Of a stretch of 34,356 nucleotides of DNA, positions 7,846-17,317 are shown piece after piece. Under the pieces are notes generated by a model that was not told the DNA's origin, did no database searches, and saw nothing but the letters and a program-made list of their open reading frames with translations. Location of the stretch: IMG/VR virus record IMGVR_UViG_3300020043_003824, positions 1 through 34,356 of that record; one strand, given 5' to 3'. The DNA is from a virus. Taxonomy: Duplodnaviria > Caudoviricetes. Numbering within the stretch: position 1 is the first letter of the stretch; every line of letters begins with the position of its first letter. A program made the position numbers and the translations under genes.

Positions 7846-10056
7846 ATGAAACTATCTCTGTGCGTTATTGTCGGAAATGTTGAAACATACATTGGTCGGT
7901 TTCTGGATCACTTCCAGCATGTAGCCGATGAAATCGTGGTGGTTCGGGCGATTGGAAATCAAGCACCGGACAAGACATTGGAGATCGCAAAAAGCCGAGG
8001 GTGCATTTGCGATGAATATTTGAACGAGCATGATTGGCCGCATGTTGATAATTTCGGTGCCGCTCGGAACAAGTCGCTCGATCTGGCGACTGGTGATTGG
8101 CTGATGTGGGCCGATACCGATGATGTGATTTCGCAGGATACTTGTCAGCAGATCCGCGACATGATCCCGAGGTTGGGTGCCGACATTCAAGGTGTGCTGA
8201 TCCCCTATCAAGTGCCGGATGATGGCATCACCTTGCACCGTGAACGAGTTTGGCGCAAAGGCGCAGCCCGATGGAAAAACCGCATCCATGAATCTCTGAA
8301 GTTTCCCGAGGGTGCCAAGATGGCGAAATTCGATCAGGTTTCGATCCTGCACATGCCGATCGGCAAGCGGAAATCATCAAGTGATGAGCGCAACCTGCGG
8401 ATTCTCAAATCGATCCCAGATGATGAGCAGACCAGTGCGATGCTTTTCTACCGCATGCAGTCAGAACGCGCATTGGGCATGACTGATGAGGCGACCGAGA
8501 CTGCACAGCAGTTGGCGATGGCACCTGATGCCGGGCAACCAGAACGCTACGAGGCATTTCTGGTCATGGGTCAGATGGTGCCGGACGCAACAACTCGGGC
8601 GCAACTCTACTTGCAGGCGATTGCGGTCAGTCCGAATCGACGCGAGGCATACGCAGAACTGGCGATGGAGGCACTCAAATCGAACAATTTTCAAAGCGCC
8701 TTGGATTGGTCAGAAACGATGATGTCGTTGTCGCAGCCGCCGGCATGGTGGTGGAATAGTCGAAAGAAGTTTTACGGATGGCAGGGCATTCAGGTGCGCG
8801 GCATGGCACTCCGGGCGAACAACCGATTTGAGGAGGCAGACGCGATCGAGGAAAATCACTTCATCCGCAGCGGGGCGAAAATTAGCCTATTGCATGCGAC
8901 CCGAGGCAGACCCGCCAAGGCATACTCGGCTCGCGCGAAATGGTTGGATCGGGCAGCAGATCCAGATGCGATCGAACATATTTACGCATTAGATGCAGAT
9001 GATGATATGATCGGCCCATTTCTTACTTGTCGCCATGTCATCAGCGATGGTGCAGGCCCAGTTGCTGCATGGAACACGGCAGCGAGAAAATCCAAAGGTG
9101 AGATTTTGATTCAACTCTCGGACGACTGGGAGCCACCGATGCACTGGGATAAACTGATCCTCGATAAATTCAACGGCACCAAAGACCCTGCGGTGTTGGC
9201 AGTTTCGGATGGATCGAGAAATGATGATTTGCTCTGCATGGCAATTCTCAATCGTGCAAGATACAAGCAGCAAGGTTACATGTTCCACCCGGAGTTTTTC
9301 TCTGTCTACTCTGACAACTGGTTTACGAATCAAGCATATGCCGATGGCATCGTTATCGACGGCAAGGATATCACATTCACCCACATGCACCCAGCATTTG
9401 GACTCGGTGAGATGGATGAGACATACGCGAGATCAAATGCGAAACGCAATTATGAGTTTGGCAAAGGAACTTTGCATCGCCTGCAATCTGGTATTGCCGT
9501 GCCAAGTGACATCACCGGGTGGTGTGACTTCAAGGATTTCTACCGCAACTTGGCGATGCTTATCAAGGACGGTTCGACATTCGTTGAAATTGGCTCATGG
9601 ATGGGACAATCAATTGTCTGCCTGTGCCAAGCACTGCAAGACCTCGGGAAGAACTGCAAAATTTATTGCGTGGACACATTCAAAGGTGAGCAAAACCAAC
9701 CGGCGCACCTTGCTATTGTCGATGGTCTTGGTGGCAGCATTCGACATGTGTTTGAGGAAAACATTCGCCGCGCCGGTGTTCACGACATGATTGAGATCAT
9801 CGAAGGGGATAGCGCCGAGTCTGCCGATCTATTCGCGGACAATTCAATCGATGCGATTTATATCGATGCTGCTCACGATTATGACTCGGTGGTCAAGGAT
9901 GTCGCGACATGGTTTCCGAAATGCAAATCCGATGGCTTGTTCTCTGGGCATGATTATCCCTGTGATGATGTAAAAAAAGCTGTGGATGAGCATGCAGAAT
10001 CGAACAATTACAAAATCGCCCAAGTCGGCAGAGTCTGGATCAAGATAAACCAATGA
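7846..10056 (+). CDS. Multidomain GT2 glycosyltransferase - TPR-like - second GT-A-like domain - SAM methyltransferase
   Basis: KLSLCVIVGN, NFGAARNKSL, WADTDD (DxD); helical repeats (LQAIAVSPNRREAY); KISLLHATRGR...QLSDD; C-terminal FVEIGSWMGQS, CVDTFKG, IYIDAAHDY, SGHDY (Methyltransf_24-like). Confidence 0.85.
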   Translation: MKLSLCVIVGNVETYIGRFLDHFQHVADEIVVVRAIGNQAPDKTLEIAKSRGCICDEYLNEHDWPHVDNFGAARNKSLDLATGDWLMWADTDDVISQDTCQQIRDMIPRLGADIQGVLIPYQVPDDGITLHRERVWRKGAARWKNRIHESLKFPEGAKMAKFDQVSILHMPIGKRKSSSDERNLRILKSIPDDEQTSAMLFYRMQSERALGMTDEATETAQQLAMAPDAGQPERYEAFLVMGQMVPDATTRAQLYLQAIAVSPNRREAYAELAMEALKSNNFQSALDWSETMMSLSQPPAWWWNSRKKFYGWQGIQVRGMALRANNRFEEADAIEENHFIRSGAKISLLHATRGRPAKAYSARAKWLDRAADPDAIEHIYALDADDDMIGPFLTCRHVISDGAGPVAAWNTAARKSKGEILIQLSDDWEPPMHWDKLILDKFNGTKDPAVLAVSDGSRNDDLLCMAILNRARYKQQGYMFHPEFFSVYSDNWFTNQAYADGIVIDGKDITFTHMHPAFGLGEMDETYARSNAKRNYEFGKGTLHRLQSGIAVPSDITGWCDFKDFYRNLAMLIKDGSTFVEIGSWMGQSIVCLCQALQDLGKNCKIYCVDTFKGEQNQPAHLAIVDGLGGSIRHVFEENIRRAGVHDMIEIIEGDSAESADLFADNSIDAIYIDAAHDYDSVVKDVATWFPKCKSDGLFSGHDYPCDDVKKAVDEHAESNNYKIAQVGRVWIKINQ

Positions 10057-10622
10057 AACTCTCAATCTTAACACCAACCATTCCGGGCCGAGAGGCGAAG
10101 TTGCAATTGTTGCAGGACAAAATCCAACTTCAAGCAGCGGAATATCCCGGGCAAGTCGAGCATCTGGTGCTGTGTGACAACCGCACCCGGAGCATCGGGG
10201 CAAAAAGGCAGGCATTGCTGGATATTTCCAGAGGGGAATATTTCGCATTTGTGGACGATGATGACGACATCACGCCGGATTACATCTCAAGCATCCTCAA
10301 GGCGGCGATCTCTGGCGCGGATGTCATCACATTCCTTCAGGCAGCAACCTACAACGACCAGATCAGCACCGTTGAGTTTCGACTGCGGCAAGGCGACCAC
10401 GCATTCCTCAATGGTGGAGTGACAAAGCGGGACGCATGGCATGTCTGTGCATGGCGCAGGTCGAGGGTCATTGGGTGCGAATTTGGCGAGTCGAATTATG
10501 GGGAGGATCTGATCTGGTGCATGCAGGCGAGGAAACGAGCAGAAACAACCATCCACATCCCCAAGGTGCTGCATGTTTACCAGCATTCAGCCGAGACGAC
10601 TGCGGCACCCGAGCCGACTTGA
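10053..10622 (+). CDS. GT2-family glycosyltransferase
   Basis: KLSILTPT, SIGAKRQALL, GEYFAFVDDDD, YGED; ATGA overlap with the upstream gene. Confidence 0.88.
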   Translation: MKLSILTPTIPGREAKLQLLQDKIQLQAAEYPGQVEHLVLCDNRTRSIGAKRQALLDISRGEYFAFVDDDDDITPDYISSILKAAISGADVITFLQAATYNDQISTVEFRLRQGDHAFLNGGVTKRDAWHVCAWRRSRVIGCEFGESNYGEDLIWCMQARKRAETTIHIPKVLHVYQHSAETTAAPEPT

Positions 10623-10624
10623 CA
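10619..10624 (+). promoter_or_regulatory. TTGACA box 14 nt before ATG 10639
   Basis: Recurring motif, here overlapping the upstream stop codon. Confidence 0.55.
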
Positions 10625-10638
10625 TTCCCGCCCATATT

Positions 10639-10956
10639 ATGAGCATCATCGATGATTTCCTGCTCGGTGGTAATGCCGAGACTGACGCTGCCATTGGGAC
10701 GCGACAGATGATCTGTGCCGGGCAGACATTTGATGTTGTGTGGAATGATGCCAGAAAGTCATTTGAAGGCGCTCTAGGTGGCCTAGAGAGCAATTTACAG
10801 GCAACCGCGGTGGCGCAGCCGAGTGCCGTGACCAACCCAGTCGGAATGCTCCAAAAACGCTGCACGATCGATGGCGAGGCATTTAGGGTGGCCGAGGTTG
10901 CGGTCGGCAATGTCGCGGTGACTTTTACTCTGGCGAGTATCAACGATGCCCGATGA
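10639..10956 (+). CDS. Head-tail joining protein (gpFII-like, putative)
   Basis: 105 aa, beta-rich (CTIDGEAFRVAEV), first gene of the neck cluster. Confidence 0.6.
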   Translation: MSIIDDFLLGGNAETDAAIGTRQMICAGQTFDVVWNDARKSFEGALGGLESNLQATAVAQPSAVTNPVGMLQKRCTIDGEAFRVAEVAVGNVAVTFTLASINDAR

Positions 10957-11630
10957 ATGTAAAAATTGAAATTGACCGAAACTCGGTAAAGAAATTCACA
11001 CAGACCTTGGAAACATTTACCAAGGAAACTGGCAAATCAATCGAAGATGGATTGGACACAGTGGCAATCGCTGCCGGCAAAAGGTTGATCAGCACCGTTC
11101 AACCGTATGGAATTAACAAAAAAATTGGCGAAAAATACATGATGAGCATCGCCAAGCAGGTCAACCGAGCGATCCGGCATGGAAATGTTGAGGGGCAGGA
11201 TGGTGGTGCTAGTGAGGTTCATTCAAGAAACAGAAATTCTCGGGGGCAGGTGCCAAAGGGACTGAATACAGATGGCAGATTTAGAAGAAAACCGGTCGAG
11301 GTTGGCGATAAGGAATCTCACATCGACAAAAAACAAGCGATGGCAGGCATTGCTAAAGGTGCTTGGTATCAGGCAACCAACCAAATAACAGCAAAGAAAG
11401 TCACCGGTGTCGCGGCATGGATTACAAGGCATGAGAATCAAGGTAATGGAGTCTGCGATAAAACTGGCACTGGTTTAAAAAGACAAATCACTTTGACTAA
11501 CAGAGTGCCATATATTCGTAAAATTCAATCGGATTCAGATATTGAGAAATCTATTAAAACAGGATACAGCAATTTCATCAAGCAACTGCAAAAAATCATC
11601 GACAAAAACATCGAAAAAGCAAACGCATGA
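10953..11630 (+). CDS. Putative neck / minor tail protein
   Basis: Basic 225-aa ORF with a TNRVPYI segment; neck position; coupled by ATGA overlaps. Confidence 0.55.
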   Translation: MNVKIEIDRNSVKKFTQTLETFTKETGKSIEDGLDTVAIAAGKRLISTVQPYGINKKIGEKYMMSIAKQVNRAIRHGNVEGQDGGASEVHSRNRNSRGQVPKGLNTDGRFRRKPVEVGDKESHIDKKQAMAGIAKGAWYQATNQITAKKVTGVAAWITRHENQGNGVCDKTGTGLKRQITLTNRVPYIRKIQSDSDIEKSIKTGYSNFIKQLQKIIDKNIEKANA

Positions 11631-12067
11631 CAACATCACAACGACTCAAACTCGCGGTAATCGCCGCATTGCAGAACAATAGGCCGGATGAATCGATCTC
11701 GGTGGTCGATGCCAAGATTCGGGCCTCGATCGATCTGCCGGTTCTGGCAGTCGATGTGACCGCAGCAGACCCACACAGCGAGGCCTTGCAGCATGTTGAG
11801 AGGGTCAGCATTGCAATCACTCTGCGATTCCATGCCGGTGATGAGGAACCAGACACTGTGGATGCTTGGATTGATCAGATCGAATCGACCTTGGTGGATA
11901 CGAGTTACATGAAATCGATCGGAATCGAGACGCTCAAAACCTACTCATGGGTTTACCAAGGATCGACGCAGGACTGGGATGAGAGCATCCTTGAGGTGAC
12001 ATTTTCAGCCGAGGCACTTTGCAGCCGGTTCGATGTCGAGCCGCAGCATGATTTGTTGACAATTTGA
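11627..12067 (+). CDS. Putative tail terminator / completion protein
   Basis: Acidic 146 aa immediately before the tail tube gene. Confidence 0.55.
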   Translation: MTTSQRLKLAVIAALQNNRPDESISVVDAKIRASIDLPVLAVDVTAADPHSEALQHVERVSIAITLRFHAGDEEPDTVDAWIDQIESTLVDTSYMKSIGIETLKTYSWVYQGSTQDWDESILEVTFSAEALCSRFDVEPQHDLLTI

Positions 12068-12069
12068 CA
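12056..12069 (+). promoter_or_regulatory. Tandem TTGACA boxes (12056, 12064) before the tail tube gene
   Basis: TTGACAATTTGACAATTTG; the second box ends 27 nt before ATG 12097. Confidence 0.5.
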
Positions 12070-12096
12070 ATTTGCCCATGATGAACACCAAACATC

Positions 12097-12468
12097 ATGG
12101 CAGCCACAGTCTACAAGTCAAGCGCAGCGGCAGATCTCGAATACGGAATCGTAAACGAGACTGATATCATTCTCACCTCGTTCTCTCGTAATGTGCAATC
12201 GGTCAAGACCGAGGTGCGCGATGCCGAGAATGATGTTGTGGCAGTCGCATATAGCGGCATGACCGCAGCCATCTCGCTTGAGGGCTATATCAATGGCAAC
12301 GCAACCTATGATGTGGCTGCGACCTTGGCACTTGCCAATGAAACCGATGCCTACGGACTTTCTGGTGGCACAATCATCGTTGATTCGGTCAATGAGTCGA
12401 TCGCTCAAGGTGACTTCAAGAAGATTTCTGTCAGTGCGACCCAATACGCATCGACGATGACAGTTTAA
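12097..12468 (+). CDS. Major tail tube protein (putative)
   Basis: 123 aa, beta-rich and acidic; upstream of chaperone and tape measure; followed by a hairpin. Confidence 0.7.
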   Translation: MAATVYKSSAAADLEYGIVNETDIILTSFSRNVQSVKTEVRDAENDVVAVAYSGMTAAISLEGYINGNATYDVAATLALANETDAYGLSGGTIIVDSVNESIAQGDFKKISVSATQYASTMTV

Positions 12469-12482
12469 TTGCTGATCGCCGC

Positions 12483-12509
12483 TGACTGCCCGGTGAAAAT
12501 AGGCAGTCA
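12483..12509 (+). terminator. Stem-loop after tail tube gene (mRNA stabiliser or weak terminator)
   Basis: TGACTGCC / GGCAGTCA inverted repeat with no T run on the + strand. Confidence 0.5.
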
Positions 12510-12515
12510 ATAAAT

Positions 12516-12902
12516 ATGACAGGACAAAAACTATTCCACACGACCAACCTAAAGGCAGCGACTGCTTTGCTGACCATGGGTTTTAAGAAGGTTGCGCTGA
12601 CCCGCATGATTCGCCGGGACGGCAAGGAGTCGATCGTTTACTGGTTCGACGCTATCAATGACGATGGCATTCAGGCGAATGTCGTTTATGACGGCATGAC
12701 GACCGGCGGGGAAAAGCTGATGAAGAAAGACCCCGGATCGGTCATCAATTACATGCGCTGCTATGCCGCGAACCGGGATGAATTGATTGCCGACATTAAA
12801 GCAACCCCCCGGATGGCAATCATCGAGAAGGATGGTCGCCGGATTGCAATTTCCGAGAATGCGAGTGACGAGACAAAGCGCACGATCGCATCGATGATCT
12901 AA
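12516..12902 (+). CDS. Hypothetical protein in tail cluster
   Basis: 128-aa ORF with an A-rich leader, filling the gap between neighbours. Confidence 0.75.
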   Translation: MTGQKLFHTTNLKAATALLTMGFKKVALTRMIRRDGKESIVYWFDAINDDGIQANVVYDGMTTGGEKLMKKDPGSVINYMRCYAANRDELIADIKATPRMAIIEKDGRRIAISENASDETKRTIASMI

Positions 12903-12915
12903 CCACAAAAACAAT

Positions 12916-13311
12916 ATGCTAGAAATAATGACAGACGACGAGGCATTGCGTGAGCAAGGCATGACCGATGGGCCGAAAAAAATTGGCAAATTTAAACTGC
13001 GCCCAATGACGGCATTGAGCCTGTCATGGTTGCAGAGAAATAATGTGTTCTCCGATGATATCGGTGATTCGATGCAGAAAACTGCCGCATTCGTTTTCCT
13101 GCACACCGAGCCAAAGGAATCAATCCGATCGGTGGTTAACAACAAGGCAGATTTTGCCAATGCTGTTGACGACTGGATTGATTCAAACATCAGGCACCAT
13201 GCAGATCTGGAACCATACACGACCGAGATGAGCAAGTGCATGGAGGTATACCTTGCATCAGTTACGCATGCGGTGAATCCTAGCCCAGATTCGCCACAGT
13301 CAAAAAACTAG
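12916..13311 (+). CDS. Tail assembly chaperone (gpG analogue)
   Basis: 131 aa ending ...SKN* on the slippery heptamer A AAA AAC; upstream of the tape measure gene. Confidence 0.8.
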   Translation: MLEIMTDDEALREQGMTDGPKKIGKFKLRPMTALSLSWLQRNNVFSDDIGDSMQKTAAFVFLHTEPKESIRSVVNNKADFANAVDDWIDSNIRHHADLEPYTTEMSKCMEVYLASVTHAVNPSPDSPQSKN

Positions 13312-13529
13312 CAGTCCCCAACTGGATTGCGTCCTATGTTTGGCGCATTGCATCAATCACCGGTTGGGGATTCTATGAGATAACCGAGGAACTACCAATG
13401 TCGGTAGGCATGCAGATCATTGATGCCGAGCTATACAGCAACGGCATACCTCGGGCATATAGGCATCGTGTCAACTCGTTTGACTCGCAACGCTTAATTG
13501 ACGAAACATTTTCCAAGGTATTCTCATGA
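13302..13529 (+). CDS. -1 frameshift extension of the chaperone (gpGT analogue)
   Basis: The -1 frame is open for 73 codons from 13308 (LAVPNWIASYVWRIASITGWGFYEITEELPMS...KVFS*); its TGA overlaps the tape measure ATG. Confidence 0.82.
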   Translation, partial: KKLAVPNWIASYVWRIASITGWGFYEITEELPMSVGMQIIDAELYSNGIPRAYRHRVNSFDSQRLIDETFSKVFS

Positions 13530-15751
13530 GTAACAATATTAAAGTCGGATTTTCGGCAACTGATGCAGGATATACCAGCACAGTAAAAAAGATCAACGAA
13601 TCGACCAAGACGATCGACGATAATGTTAAGAAGGTTTCTGGTAGCGTCACCAGTTCATTCGCCTCAATGGTCAAGGCCGGTGCTGGGTTGGCAGTTGGAT
13701 TTGGTGCGATTAAAGCCGCAGGTGCATTGGTCAGGGAAGTGTTTCAAGGATTTGGTGAAGCACTCGATCTCGGTGGACAACTCAAGGATCTGTCGGATCG
13801 GACTGGTGAGAGCGCAGGCAATTTGATGCTGCTACAACAAGCATTTAAGAATGCCGGAAACAGTGCCGAGGCAGTCGGCCCAACGATCAATAAGATGCAG
13901 AAATTCATGGTCGATGCCGCGAATGGCAGCGATAAGAACAATGAGGCACTTTCAAGACTTGGACTAACTTTTAAAGATCTGCAAGGCAAGGCTCCAATCG
14001 AGCAGATGAAAATCCTCGCTGAACGGATTCAACAAATTCCAGATGATGCCGAGAGATCTGCTGTGGCAATTGAAATATTTGGAAAAGCCGGTGGCAAATT
14101 GCTGCCAGTTCTGATGGATTTATCAGGTGGATTGGAAACAGCCAAAAAGCAACTCGGCTCAATGCCGGACATCATGACGAGATTCAGCAAGGTTTTCGAT
14201 GATGTCAGCGATAACATTGAGATCATCAAGGGGAAATTCATGGAGTTTGCCGCTGGGTTGCTTTCTAAAGTTGCACCTGCTCTGGAGTTTATTACGACCG
14301 TGATGACTCAATTCGATGCCGCTGCATTCGGTGAGAGAATTGGACAAGCATTGATCGGTGCCGGCCAAGGAATGCAGGCATTCAAATCAGCGATGGATGC
14401 TTTGGCACTCGGCGAGTTTAAACTGGCAATGGAAATTGCATTTAATGCGATGAGATTGTCAGCAGCCGAATCATTTAATTCAATAGTCAAACATGCACAG
14501 GCATCGTTTTCAGCAGTTGCTGAATTTCTAAAGGCAGTTCTTGGCCCGGGTTCTGGACTTTATACGATCATCACTGGCACATTTGAAACTCTTGGCATGA
14601 AGTTTTCCCGATCAGTCGGAGAAGGCTTGAAAACCATCCTTGAGGTAATTCCGGGATGGGGAAGTATAATGGCTGCGCGGATCGCTGAAAGCATTGATGT
14701 GCTTGATATGAGAATCGCAAACAAGTCGTCACAAATGAAAAATGCACTTGCTCAAGTGCCTGCCGATTTAGTTTATGGCTTTAATGAGGCCGGAAAAGCA
14801 TTTGATAAGACTTTAGCCGGATCAAAGGATTTTATAAATACGCAAGAAATCATTGCAGAAAATCAAAAACTCCTCGCGCAACTGGAAGAGAAAAAAGCAG
14901 CATCAATCAGAGAACAAGGACTTGAAGCAGAAAAATACGATTACAAGCGGATTACACGACAAGAGCAATATCAGAAAACATTAAAGGTGATTGCTGACCT
15001 TGAGGAGCAAATCAAAGAGGCAAAAATGCTTGGTGATGATACCAAGGTAAAACAACTCGAAAGACAACTTGCATTGGAAAAACTAATTGCCGAGGAAATT
15101 AAAAACGGCAAAACATACCAAGAGGCATTGGTTATTGCTACTGAAAAGCAAAACAATGCTGATGCAAACATATTAGCGAATAAAAAAGATCAAACCAAGG
15201 AGATGCAAAAACAACTATCTCTGTCTGAACAGATGCGGGAGGATCTGGATAGGAGAGTTGCTGAAGAAAAGGAAGATCCGGGTGGCAGATTGCGTAGAGA
15301 ATTTGGAGAAGCTGAATCCAGAGGTGACATTAGTGGCATGGAGCGAATACAAAGGCAACAGTCTGGTAAAGAAGAAAAGCAAAAAACAGGACAATTGTTT
15401 GCTGATTTCAAAAAAGAATTAGCACTTCAAAAATACAAAGCTGAAGGGATGACCGATGAGGAAGCAATAGCACAAGCGGAAAAGGAGCAACGCAAGGCTA
15501 GGACTTCAGTAGCCGATATGGCTAAAGAATTAGGCATTGAAACAGGTGGTAAAAAAAGAAGTGAGCTTGAGAAAGAAATCCAAAATGAATTAGAAAAACG
15601 AAAACAACAGGACAAGCCGGGCAAAGAAGGCGAAAAGGAGCCGGCAAAACCAGACGAGAAAAAAGACCCTAACACTGGGGTGCTTCAATCAATTTTAACA
15701 GAGGTCACAGGAATCGGCAAGAAACTGCCAGTCACGGCATTAGGATACTAA
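13526..15751 (+). CDS. Tail tape measure protein
   Basis: 741 aa, helical and Ala/Gly-rich with LKDLSDRTG and AIEIFGKAG segments; charged coiled-coil C-terminus; follows the frameshifted chaperone. Confidence 0.9.
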   Translation: MSNNIKVGFSATDAGYTSTVKKINESTKTIDDNVKKVSGSVTSSFASMVKAGAGLAVGFGAIKAAGALVREVFQGFGEALDLGGQLKDLSDRTGESAGNLMLLQQAFKNAGNSAEAVGPTINKMQKFMVDAANGSDKNNEALSRLGLTFKDLQGKAPIEQMKILAERIQQIPDDAERSAVAIEIFGKAGGKLLPVLMDLSGGLETAKKQLGSMPDIMTRFSKVFDDVSDNIEIIKGKFMEFAAGLLSKVAPALEFITTVMTQFDAAAFGERIGQALIGAGQGMQAFKSAMDALALGEFKLAMEIAFNAMRLSAAESFNSIVKHAQASFSAVAEFLKAVLGPGSGLYTIITGTFETLGMKFSRSVGEGLKTILEVIPGWGSIMAARIAESIDVLDMRIANKSSQMKNALAQVPADLVYGFNEAGKAFDKTLAGSKDFINTQEIIAENQKLLAQLEEKKAASIREQGLEAEKYDYKRITRQEQYQKTLKVIADLEEQIKEAKMLGDDTKVKQLERQLALEKLIAEEIKNGKTYQEALVIATEKQNNADANILANKKDQTKEMQKQLSLSEQMREDLDRRVAEEKEDPGGRLRREFGEAESRGDISGMERIQRQQSGKEEKQKTGQLFADFKKELALQKYKAEGMTDEEAIAQAEKEQRKARTSVADMAKELGIETGGKKRSELEKEIQNELEKRKQQDKPGKEGEKEPAKPDEKKDPNTGVLQSILTEVTGIGKKLPVTALGY

Positions 15752-15752
15752 T

Positions 15753-16388
15753 ATGGCAAACATTATTTACCAAAAAACCCCAGACGCTTTAATCCCACAA
15801 GGGAATCGCACGGTTTCAACTTTCCCGAGTGGATTGGTTAAGGTTGATCAATCGTTTATCGGTAGGACATCGCTTGAATCAACGCATCGGCAGCAGTTTG
15901 AAATAAACGGCACTTTAATTACTGAAAATGACACTTCCATTGATGGATTATCAATTTTCCCAGCGATTCAAGAAAAACGGATGCCTCATGGATTCACAGA
16001 GTACATTGTTACGGCATACGGTCGAACGAATACGACTGGAGTTTCTTATATTGTTCCGGGTCAGAAATTTACTTCAAGGTTCAGATGGAAATATAGGGGC
16101 TACGATGAGATTTACTATTCGTCAGGCATTTTTCGTGGTTATGAAGCAATAACAACCAGAGTCATCAAGGAAAATGTTTTAGATGAAGATATAAATCCTT
16201 TGAACATACCATTTCCTGATTTGTTATCAGATGACGCTATAAGAGATGGCGTTAGTTCTTGGTATATACTCGATTTAAGAGCAGACCTTACTGTTGAAGC
16301 TAAAGACATCAAACGCACAAATTTCGGTAAATTTACAGAACTGACAATTTTAAGCGGTTACAGTGAAAATACTGTTGCGTTTATATAA
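15753..16388 (+). CDS. Hypothetical tail-tip protein
   Basis: 211 aa directly after the tape measure gene; function from position only. Confidence 0.6.
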   Translation: MANIIYQKTPDALIPQGNRTVSTFPSGLVKVDQSFIGRTSLESTHRQQFEINGTLITENDTSIDGLSIFPAIQEKRMPHGFTEYIVTAYGRTNTTGVSYIVPGQKFTSRFRWKYRGYDEIYYSSGIFRGYEAITTRVIKENVLDEDINPLNIPFPDLLSDDAIRDGVSSWYILDLRADLTVEAKDIKRTNFGKFTELTILSGYSENTVAFI

Positions 16389-16397
16389 AAAAAAATT

Positions 16398-16736
16398 ATG
16401 GCTAACGCTAACCTCCCAATAGATTTCACCGATAAAGCTAAACAACCCCCATCAGCCGATGGCACGGGTTATCCTCACCGCATTTCGGCAAATGACCTTA
16501 TGCGTAATTTTCACTATGCCGCACTCGTTGCTGAAGAAGGGTGGATCGAGTCAGACGATGGGCTATATGATGGACGCAAATTAAAACTTCCAGCGATACC
16601 TAGTGGGGAGGGCATTTATCTTCTTTCAGTAGATGGAGGCACACTTTCTTGGTCACAGTATGAAGAAAAGGAAGTGAGTTTGTGCGAAGATAATTACGAA
16701 GTAACTGGTGTTGTCTTATTTCGTCAGACATCGTGA
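16398..16736 (+). CDS. Hypothetical tail protein
   Basis: 112-aa ORF coupled to the next gene. Confidence 0.65.
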   Translation: MANANLPIDFTDKAKQPPSADGTGYPHRISANDLMRNFHYAALVAEEGWIESDDGLYDGRKLKLPAIPSGEGIYLLSVDGGTLSWSQYEEKEVSLCEDNYEVTGVVLFRQTS

Positions 16737-17287
16737 GCATTCTGCGAACAAAATGTGATTTTAATTGGACGACCCCGTTCGGCGCAAGTCGATTGATGCC
16801 GATCAATTGCGCTGATTTTAATTCAGAGACATGGCCTTGGCAATACTGGTGGACAAAGACGGTTGGCACAACCACACCAGTATTAACAAATGCAGTTGTT
16901 CAATCTAGCGCAAGTTTTGATGAGCAAGGAAATGCTGTGGCGGGGCAAACTGTGCTGCGTGGATTTTTCGCCTATATCGCAACAGATCCGATTTCCGCAT
17001 CGGTAAATCTTTCAGTTTCAGCGACACCTGCATGGGATTTGGATGAAGGGACATATGAGTTGAGAGAAAACATTTCTCTGGTCGCTGCGCTTTATTCCGC
17101 TGATGGATCACAAGTTGAATCGTATATCGATACTGATGCCAGAACAGCATCGCAAAGCATAGAGTTACCAGCAACAACATGCCCGAAAATTTTTTGGCTT
17201 AATGCTTCTATCCAGCCAACAGGAACTCCACCGAATCCACCATTTGAGCCAGCAACCCAAGCAAACATAACATTCTCGATGGCGTGA
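16733..17287 (+). CDS. Hypothetical tail protein
   Basis: 184 aa, GTGA overlap start, beta-rich. Confidence 0.65.
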   Translation: MSILRTKCDFNWTTPFGASRLMPINCADFNSETWPWQYWWTKTVGTTTPVLTNAVVQSSASFDEQGNAVAGQTVLRGFFAYIATDPISASVNLSVSATPAWDLDEGTYELRENISLVAALYSADGSQVESYIDTDARTASQSIELPATTCPKIFWLNASIQPTGTPPNPPFEPATQANITFSMA

Positions 17288-17290
17288 TTT

Positions 17291-17296
17291 TTGACA
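17291..17296 (+). promoter_or_regulatory. TTGACA box 21 nt before ATG 17318
   Basis: Recurring motif within a 30-nt intergenic gap. Confidence 0.55.
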
Positions 17297-17317
17297 ATTT
17301 CACCACATTAGACGCTC

